Assembly: GCA_031362285.1 (NCBI GenBank)
Contig: JANLSF010000657.1
Span: 1-35,861, forward strand
Direction of reading: 5' to 3'
DNA: 35,861 nt
From: Gemmatimonadota bacterium
Lineage (GTDB): Bacteria > Gemmatimonadota > Gemmatimonadetes > Gemmatimonadales > Gemmatimonadaceae
Part shown: one piece after another, positions 1 through 8,800 of the stretch
Layout of the letters: each line of letters begins with the position of its first letter
Numbering within the stretch: the stretch's first letter is position 1
Notes under the pieces: generated by a model
What the model was told of the DNA's origin: nothing
What the model saw: only the letters and a program-made list of their open reading frames with translations
Databases searched by the model: none
Made by a program: the position numbers and the translations under genes

Positions 1-195
1 CTGCGCAGGCGGCCGAAGAGCAGCACCTCCCGTATCGGCCCGGTTCGGCTGGAAGCATGTGATCGAACGCAGAGTAGAGGAGTCCGCTCGGCGCGCTCTT
101 CTCTTCTCCCGCTCATGAGCGGAGGCGTGACGAACTTGAGGGCTGCGCTCCAAGGATTCGGCATACCAATCTGCATGGGGCTTATCCGTCCGGGT

Positions 196-810
196 TCAGT
201 CACGACCCATATCCCCCCACACATTGTGGATCCAGGTCCCGCCCGGTGCTCCCGCGCGGAGCAGGCTCGCCCGCAGCCGCGTGACGTGCGAATCGACCGT
301 GCGGGTCCGTCCCGGGCCCGCGTACCCCCAGACCTCGCGAAGCAGCTCGCCCTTGGTCATGACGCGGGTTGGTTCGCCAGCGAGGTGCACTAGCAGCCGG
401 TAGGTGGTGCGGGTCAGTTGGATGCGGGTCGCGCCGAACCAGGCTGCCTCAGCCTGCAGGTCGATGTGCAGCGCTCCGATGTCGATGCGGTGCCGACCGA
501 CTAGGCCACCGAGATCGTGCGGTGTGTCTGGCACGAGTTCGACCGCCGACAAGAGCGTGCCTTCCAGGCGGGCGACGGTTTGGCTCAGTTCCCTGAGGGT
601 GGCGTCGTCGGGTGGGGTGAGCTCGATCATCCGCCGGACTGCCGTGCCGATCTGCCGGGCGCGCCGTAGCAGGCGGTGGAGTTCTCCGTAGATGCCGTCG
701 GCGATCGCGGCGGCCTCTGACGATGGGGCGCGTCTGTCTTCGCGGCTGTGTTCGCATATGGCTACGACGGTGTTGGTGGTCGGCGGGGTGGGGTGAAGCT
801 TGCTGGTCAC
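196..810 (-). CDS. OmpR/PhoB-type winged-helix DNA-binding regulator lacking a receiver domain
   Basis: ORF track 196..939(-). The C-terminal ~100 aa follow the OmpR/PhoB trans_reg_C pattern (IQLTRTTYRLLVHLAGEPTRVMTKGELLREVWGYAGPGRTRTVDSHVTRLRASL). Start placed at in-frame GTG 810 (residue V44 of the ORF) because GGAGG lies 5 nt upstream (complement of 816-820). The preceding ~100 aa look helical and show no receiver-domain motifs. Confidence 0.7.
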   Translation of the reverse strand: MTSKLHPTPPTTNTVVAICEHSREDRRAPSSEAAAIADGIYGELHRLLRRARQIGTAVRRMIELTPPDDATLRELSQTVARLEGTLLSAVELVPDTPHDLGGLVGRHRIDIGALHIDLQAEAAWFGATRIQLTRTTYRLLVHLAGEPTRVMTKGELLREVWGYAGPGRTRTVDSHVTRLRASLLRAGAPGGTWIHNVWGDMGRD

Positions 811-959
811 GGTCGCCTCCTGTGGGCGCGTGGTTGACGGTCGCCAGCGACGAGGCCATCCGCACACGGGCTGCCGCGTCACCGCGCCACGGCGCGGGGA
901 ACCCCCACCGGGGGTTGACGCGGTGCCCGCGGATGGCACGCTGGCAACGACCGACCACC

Positions 960-1487
960 ACGGCGCCCACCGCCAAGGAGCGGCCGGGGTGGGCGTCAGC
1001 GAACCGTGCCGATCGAAGGTCCGTTGGGGGACGTCGGAGAGAGCCGGAGCGGAGAGCCTCGCCCGCTCTCCGCGTCACGGCGACGTCCAGGAGTACGCGA
1101 CTGCATGCCACGGCGACGCCGAGCGCGACGGCGCCCCCTGCCAGCGCGGCTCGTCCGCGACGGGTGCTGCCCCGCCCGAGAATCAGCGCGGCGGCGGCGA
1201 AGAAGGCGGCCGCGGTTGAGGTGTGTCCGCTTGGGAACTCCGCCGGGGGGAGGGCGCCGCAACCTGCACTGGTGGTTCATGGCCCGGAAGACAGGCCTGC
1301 GCCAGACGGCCAGCGACTCGGTGGTGATCTGGGACGACGTACTGCCGCCGATGCTCGATGACGTCCACTGCGCGAACCTCACGACGGTTGCGGCGACGGA
1401 CGCCTCCACTCCGAGCTGAGCGGCACCCGACCGCCGGGCAGGGCCCCCGTAAAGAAACGTCAGTACGGCATACGGTGGGCCGAACAC
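960..1487 (-). pseudogene. PAP2-like phosphatase, apparently frameshifted (tentative)
   Basis: PAP2-type motifs are split over two minus-strand frames. LAVWRRP (RRP at 1293-1304) lies in the 996..1487 frame and EFPSGHTS (PSGH at 1223-1234) in the 449..1111 frame. The frame switch coincides with a G6 run (1245-1250). The third motif (SRxxxxxHxxxD) is degenerate, and the 3-prime end is uncertain. Confidence 0.25.
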
Positions 1488-1599
1488 GCGAAGGACGCGC
1501 GCGGTAGGTTCCCATGGAGAGAGGAGGTGCCCAGGGGGTTGCCAGCACCGCCGTATACGGTCTTCCCGACGTTGTGGGGGACATCATGACGCTAGTTCT

Positions 1600-1962
1600 T
1601 TGGAGAGCGGGAATGTAGTGGTTGACCCAGACTCCTGGGCCGGTGAGCATGCGGCAGCCGTGGCGGCGATCGCTGAACTCCTGCGCGCCGAGGATCTCGC
1701 CTCCTATCGACAGATGCTCGATGAGCATCCGGTTCTTCGCACAGCGTTGGCCGTCGAGGCGGCTGCCTTGTTGGGTGAGCTGCCGGGCTTCCAGGGGATC
1801 GTCTCTTCGGTGTCTGTGCTGGTTGACGGCGCGCAGGCTGCCGGCGACATCGAGTCGGCGTGGGTCAGCTACCAGCGTCGCCGTGTCGCCGCGGCCGAGC
1901 AAAGTGACCGTCTTGTCCTCTGCTTGCGTCGATCGACGATGCCGCAGAAGCTAGCTAGCTAG
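1600..1962 (+). CDS. hypothetical protein, possibly 3-prime truncated
   Basis: 120-aa ORF with a TTG start. The product is Ala/Leu-rich and helical-looking with no recognisable domain. It stops inside the CTAG palindrome (1950-1963) that abuts an IS3 remnant. Confidence 0.3.
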   Translation: MESGNVVVDPDSWAGEHAAAVAAIAELLRAEDLASYRQMLDEHPVLRTALAVEAAALLGELPGFQGIVSSVSVLVDGAQAAGDIESAWVSYQRRRVAAAEQSDRLVLCLRRSTMPQKLAS

Positions 1963-1965
1963 CGA

Positions 1966-2170
1966 CCATGCACGCGTGTGCGAATCAGCGTTCGCGACGT
2001 TGAAGTGCGAGTTGGTTCACCGCCGCACGTTCCGGACCCGCGACCAGGCCCGCGAGGAGATCTTCCGGTGGATCGAGGGGTGGTACAACACCCGCTCCAG
2101 CCTCGGGACGCGCAGTTGCGCGTTTCGGCCATTGATCGCCGCAGGCGGCCTGGAAGCCGGTAGGGGGTCC
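1966..2170 (+). mobile_element. IS3-family transposase (OrfB/rve) C-terminal remnant
   Basis: The translation CESAFATLKCELVHRRTFRTRDQAREEIFRWIEGWYNTRSSLG matches the extreme C-terminus of IS3-family integrase-core transposases. No N-terminal or catalytic part is present upstream. Confidence 0.7.
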
Positions 2171-2198
2171 CGGACTCCGTCAAGGCCTATCCCGCAAG

Positions 2199-2235
2199 AA
2201 GACTTAGGTCGACAGGGCCCAGAGACCTAAGTCTT
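2199..2235. repeat. perfect 12-bp inverted repeat (hairpin) with a 13-nt loop
   Basis: aagacttaggtc (2199-2210) pairs with gacctaagtctt (2224-2235); the loop is gacagggcccaga. It lies at the distal edge of the IS3 remnant, ~600 nt upstream of the RHS gene. No T-tract follows. Confidence 0.4.
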
Positions 2236-2840
2236 GTAACTGGAGTAGCTAATGGTCAGAATGCGGCCACTAGGTCGGCACGGTCGCAATGGCGTTGGGA
2301 GAGCGATGTCCAGTACGTCACTACCGTTAGCAGTGGAGCGACTGGGACGGGGCCAGCGGACGCAGGGACGCGATTCGGTGGCGGGGGGGGGCGAGTCTCT
2401 CTTTGCCGTCCTGTCGCTCTCATTTGCGGTGCCTGCGTCGGACGTGTCTTTGAACTCGACCGTCGTCGCGCCGGCAGTTGTTGGGGCTCTGCCTCCTGAT
2501 CGCGTCGATGGCTCGAATTGCTTCCGCTTCTTGATCCACTGGCTCCGACCACCCCGGATGCCTCCTATCGCGATGAGCAGACATCCAGGTGCGCCCACCG
2601 GGGCGTATTCACCTCGCGAACCCGAAAAGCGCCTGGACACCGGGCGATGAACAAACATTCGCCTCCGTTTGAACCGCCCGGCACCGAAGTTCCAAGACGA
2701 ATGGGACAACCTCGTCGCGCCGTAGCTGCGAGATGGACTTCGACTCGAGGAAAGAAGGAGTATCCGCCATTCTCGAGGAGAGGTGTTTGAAGGATGAGAC
2801 CTAAGGTGTTCCTCGCAGCTGCTAGTGGTGTGACATCGAA

Positions 2841-5800
2841 TTGTTGATGCGCATGCCTCTCCCTGGTCGGGGGCGCCCCGACGCCCACTGCGGCGTCCGC
2901 GCCACCTGGGGCAGATCCCGCGGAGTGGCGCGCCATTTCGCTGTCGCACCACTAGCTCGCATCGAGCCAGGTGCCAGCGCCGTGAACTGTTCAGTGCAGG
3001 CATGCAAGGATGGGCGATCGTCGATCGGTATCGGGCGAGTTGTGGCGGGGCTCTCGGTCATTTTTCTTGTAGTGCTCGCCGGTACGGCAGGAAAAGCATT
3101 CGCTCTTCCTGGTAGGGCACCTCAGCGACCGATAAACGAAGCACTTCACGCGCTGAATCCGACTGGACCACTCATCGCGGCAGATGGCATTACCAGCGAT
3201 CCGTACAACGCGACGGTACGGAGTCTCACACCGACATTGAGCACAATCCCCGCCGCGTTCGCCGGCGGTGGTCAACCTCCCGTTAGCTACACGTTTGCGA
3301 TCTGCACGGGCGCAGGTTTGACTGGAAACTGTCACCTCGCAGAGACCGCGACTCCGACCTACACGATACCGGCGGACGCTCAGTTCACGGATGACTTCGG
3401 CAATCCGACTAGCACGGGGCTGTCAGACCTTGGCTCCTATTACTGGGCTGCGACAGCGGAATGGGAAGACGATTGGTGGGAATCGAGCGAGTATGAATTC
3501 CATGTAGATATCGTCCCGCCCGTTCGCGGGGTGGGCCCGCTCGGCTGGCTGGGACACGGGACCACCCAGCCTCAATTCCAGGTGGCATTCACTCAGCAGC
3601 CGGAGCAGGGGGTTCAGTTCGCATATACCTATCGCATCTACCGATGGGACGGCTCCCTCTACACCACAACAACCTCACCTAGCGGACCGGCGCTCCCTGA
3701 ACCATCAACCTCGGTCGTCTGCAGTCCTCACCCCGATTGCCAACGAGTGTGGTTTTGGGACGCGACTGTCCAATACACGGGGCCGGGCGCCCAACCCGGA
3801 TCAACTGAGGCAACGGCTGCCACGCCCCTTGCGCGCGCGCGCATTGTCTCGGCTCCACAGTTCGTGAGAGAGCCAACCAATCTCAAGCCATCCGGGCTCG
3901 TCAATACGACCGTGACGGTAGCTAATCCGGCGATCAACTTCAGTGGGACCGCCCGTGACCCAGCGGGAGGCCTGTGTCTGGTCGGTATTGCTCCCGAAAG
4001 TTGTCGCTGGGGTATTGGAGTAAGTACTGATCGGACGTTGCTCACTTCGTACACGTTCCCGCAGGGCTTCCTAAATTTCCCCAACGTGATACCGACACAG
4101 AATCGCTGGTCGACGATATGGGGTGACAGTCCCAATCTTGCCTTTGCGACCACGCTTGGGAGTACGGCATGTATACCCTTTGCGTGCTCGTGGGCGACAG
4201 GGCTGACGAACGGTCAAAGCTACTATTGGAATACCGTGGCGAAAGGACAATCCGCGTCACTGGCGTACGGGTTTTGGTTCAAGACCGAGCCAACGGGCTT
4301 TACCTTGTTGCTGGACGACCACGCGCCATGCCCCGTTGGGCCTCGCTTCCAAACGCCAAACGGGACAGAGCCGAACGCTACTTTTCTGACCGCCGCGATT
4401 GACGGCACCGTCTCCGGAGTGACGGGCTGCACGACGGTACCATTGAACGATTCAAGACGAACCTATCGTTGGACGATCTACAAGGGGCCGGGGGCGACCG
4501 CGAAGCAAGCTTGGCAATCGGCTTGGGGGCCAGTGACGGTCAACGGGAATCTCGCGGAGATGAAGGTGCCGCAGGGCGTCGTCGAAAACGGGACACAATA
4601 TCAATATACATTGCAGTCGGCACTCGACGGTGTGCCTGGTACCCCAAGTGCACGATATGCGTTCACGGCCATGATTCAGGCGCAAGTGCCAGAGCCGATG
4701 AGCCCTGGGCAAGGGGCCGTAGTTCCTGCAACCACTCCGACGCTCACCGCGGTCAGCGGCCCTTCCAGTAGAAGCGCTCCGATCGCGTATGCGTTTGAAG
4801 TTTGGGCAAGTGTCGCGACGGATCCAGTGAACCCAGACTGCGGCAACACTGGCAACACGCGAGTCGGTGGGAACAGTCTGAACGGGAGTGACGTGGCCTG
4901 GACGCGTGGCAGTGCGTTCAGCGTCCCAGACGGTTGGCTAACCGACGGGCGAGTGTACTGCTGGCGCGTCAAGGCGATGAATGCATATCAACCGTCGACT
5001 GCATGGTCGAGTTGGCGCGCGTTCAAGGTGAGTCGCCCGATGTTGGGGTCGGGGGACTGGGCGATGTGGTCGCGTGGTCCCGCGTCGGTGAACCTGAAGA
5101 CAGGGAATCTGGTGGTGGGTGTTCCCGGCCCATCGTACCCGACAGCGGTCGGATCGATGGGCGTCGGCCTCGCGTACAATTCCGCGAATAGTCGCGACGA
5201 GGGGTTTGGCCCCGGCGTAACGTTCTCGGTGCCGGCGGGAGCTGACGACGAGGCGGCGCCATCACAGCTGGTGGACTGGAACCTCCCTGCCGGCGGCGCT
5301 CAAGCTGAGAATGTGGTCGAGATCACTGGCGCGGACGGCTCGCCGGAGTTTTTCCTGCCGTTGGCTGATGGGTTGACGTTTGTGCCGGAGGAGCGTGGCG
5401 GGTCGGTTCTGCGTAAGCGGGGGCCGAACGTCAAGCCTGGCACGAATCCGGCTCCGTGGACGTTGACCCGCGGTGACGGCGCGGTCTACACCTTTGGGTT
5501 GGCTGACCCGGTGACGGGGGAGGCGCCGTTGTTGACGGCGCAAATCACGGCGAGCACGCGGGCCGGGGTACGGCTCGTCTATCAGAGTGACGCCTTCGGT
5601 CGGGTCACGAGTGTGACCGACCCCGCGGGTCGCGCGCTGACGTTCAATTGGGGGAGTTCCGCGGTTGGGGCGGTGTGTCCTGATGCGATCGTGTGTGTCA
5701 TCGGCCCCGATCAGGTCACGACGAAGTACGTGGGGGAAGGCGATGCCGGGCGCGCCGGCCCGCTCGTCCAGGTCAAGAACGCGGTACGTCCTGTTGTGGA

Positions 5801-8800
5801 GGTCTCGTGGGAGTACCCGACCAGTGCGCTGGGCGGTCCCGACACGTCGAAGCGTAAGCGCATCGCGAGCGTCCTTGATGCGAACACGATCGCCGCGCAA
5901 GGCCGGGGGCCTGCGGCTGGACTGACCCCGGGGCACAACGGGACTTACAAGCTCGCGTTCGGGTATGCGGACCCTGTCGATAGTTACCGGGCGACCCGGT
6001 TGACGGAAGGGCCGATCACAAGCGCCGGGAGTCAGGTCTCGTCGGTGTGGACGCTCACCTACAACACGGGTGGCACGACCCAGGCGACGGTGAATGCCCA
6101 CCTGCCGCACATCGCGGCAGGCCAGACTCGGCAGGCGGCAGGGAACACCCAGATCACCGGGCCGCGCCACCAGGGCGCCTCCCCAGCTGTGGTCGAGACG
6201 GTGTGGTTCGATGAGTTCGCCCGCCCGATCCAGACGCGCGACAGAGCGGGCCGAACGACACAGGGTGGGTGGAGCACCGACAACCTGCCCGTATGGTCGG
6301 AGGACCCGATCGGCGCGCCAACCGACACGACCTACGAACTCGTCAACAAGACGCCGGTTAGTGTGCAGGGCCCAGACCCCGACGGAGCTGGGACGGCGTT
6401 CACTCAGCGACCTGAATCGCTGTCGTTCTACGACGAGATCACCCCGGGGACCGGACGGGCCACCGGGCCGGTGCTCCACGGGGTGCAAGCGGCGTACTTC
6501 GATAACCGGAACACCGCTGGGCGACCGTACGCGATGCGGCTGGACCCGACAATCGACTTCGACTGGGGTGCTGGGACCGCCACGCCGCTGGCGTCGTTGC
6601 CAAGCGGGCCGCCTGTCGACAACTTCTCGGTCCGGTGGAACGGGGTCCTCGACATCCCTGACGACGGGCAGCCCGGCGACCCCCGCTACGTGTTCACGGC
6701 GGTTGCCGACGGTGGCGTGCGAATGACCATCGACGGGGTCCTTGTCGTGGACAGCTGGGTCGATCCACAAGGAGCCGGGCCCCAAACTTCTGTGTCGGAG
6801 GAGTTGACCATCGCGCCGGGACCGCACCGCGTTGAGGTGAGCTACTTCGATGGGGACAAGTCCAACGCGGCGATCACACTGAAATACCGGCTGACGTCGC
6901 CGACGACGACCTTGGATGCAGTGTTGCTGGCGAGCACGCTCCGACCCGCGTACCTCAACCAGACCTCGACCGTCGGACCGCAACCCGACAACCGCAGGAC
7001 GTTCAGCCACTACGCGACACCCGAGCGCGGCCTACCCGACGACACCCTAGTCAAGGGCCCGGGTGGGCAGGACATCATCACGAGCTTCACTTACGACGAC
7101 CTCGGCCGTACCACCAGCAAGACGATGCCGCGCGGCAACGCCGCCCGGACGATCGACCCGGCGACTGGGAACCTCAACGGCACCCCGGACTCAAGGTTCA
7201 CGACCGAGTGGGCGTACTACGGACTCGTCAGCACCGACGCGAACTACACCGCCCAAATCCCCACAATCTGCGGCGGGACCACCGGTGTCCTCACACCGCA
7301 AGCCGGGGGGTTGCGTGAGAAGCGCGTGCCCGGTCTTGCCGTCGTCACGAGCATCGCTGATGAGGCCGGACGGCCGCGCGCCGATACCCGCGGTCGCGGC
7401 ACGACGTGCTTGAACTACGACGCCGAGGGGCGACTCACGTCCTCCAAAACCAAGGCAGGAAGCGCGCAGCAAGAGGTCACGAACTACACCTACGACCCGA
7501 ACGGTGCGACTCGGATTGTCAGCACCCCCGCGAAAGGCGTCGTAACGACCGAGTACGACGAGGCAGGACGTACCCGCCGGACTCTCGACTCGCAAGACAC
7601 CCCGCCGCCAGCGCCGCCCGGCACCGCTCCGGCGGACGCAAGCGCTCCGACTGCCACGTTGATAAGCCCCGCGGCCGGCGGCGTGACAGGAACACAGGTG
7701 TCGGTAGCCGCGACGATCACCGACGACATCGGCGTGGTCGGCGTCCAGTTCAAGCTCGACGGGGTCAACCTCGGGTCCGAAGACACGCGCCCACCGTACC
7801 GGGTGCTATGGGACGCCACCCAGTCCGGCAACGGCAGCCATCAGCTCACCGCCGTTGCGCGTGACGCAAGCGGCAAGAGCACCACCTCACCCGCAGTCGC
7901 GGTCACCGTTACCGGGGGCCTGAACACCGCACCGGCGGGGCTCGTTGCCGCATACAACTTCAACGAAGGCACCGGCACAATCCTCACCGACCGCTCCACC
8001 ACCGGGAACACCGGTACCCTCATCAACGGCCCCACGTGGAGCACGACCGGCAAATACAGCGGCGCACTGCAGTTCGACGGGGTGAACGACCGCGTCAACA
8101 CTCCTGACGCCAACAGCCTCGACTTGACCAACCGCATGACCGTCGAAGCGTGGGTCAACCCCAGCGCCGGCTCCGCACAAAAGACAATCATCGAGAAGGA
8201 AAACGCGAGCAACCTCCGCTACGGCATCATCCACGACAGCAGCCGCAGACCTCAAGGACGCATCTACAACGGCGCCACCCAGTCGGCAAACAGCGGCACC
8301 GCCCTGCCCACAGGGACCTGGACCCACCTCGCCGTTACCTTCAACGGCAGCGTCGTCACCCTCTACACCAACGGCGGTTCGCCGGTAACACTCTCCACGT
8401 CCACCGCGATGACCGCCGGGACCGGTGTGTTAAGCATCGGCGGTAACACCGTCCGCACCGGAGAATGGTTCACCGGCAGCATCGACGACATGCGCATCTA
8501 TAACCGAAGCCTCTCGGCCGCGGAGATCACCACAGACCTCAACACAGCCTTACCACAGTACGTCGCCGCACAACCACCAGCCGCGACCATACCTGCCGGA
8601 GACGGAGCAACCGAAACAACCCTTGTCTACGACCAGGAAGGTAACCCCCTGCAGCGCAACGCTGCACCCGGCGCCCTCGGCGCTGGCCAAGGGCACACGG
8701 TCAACTACAGCTACAACGCCGACAACTCACTCGCGACCCAGGAGATTCGTGCCTACGGCGCCACGACCGCGGGGGACACATACACCTACAGCTACGACAC

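Noticed and set aside
2252-2650. 132-aa ORF, a 17-aa mini-ORF (ATG 2783) and other small ORFs in the ~600-nt lower-GC region upstream of the first RHS gene
   Set aside because: There is no SD, no recognisable motif, and overlapping ORFs occur in several frames. I treat the region as a long 5-prime leader or promoter region of unknown content.
4178-4186. Fourth occurrence of TTTGCGTGC
   Set aside because: It lies inside the RHS coding sequence (…ACIPFACSWATG…) and lacks the CATAAC half-site at the fixed spacing. It is probably coincidental.
5262-7010. 582-aa minus-strand ORF inside the RHS gene
   Set aside because: It lies entirely antisense to a region with clear YD/PA14 coding signal. Its product is an Arg/Pro/Gly-rich low-complexity string typical of shadow ORFs in high-GC DNA.
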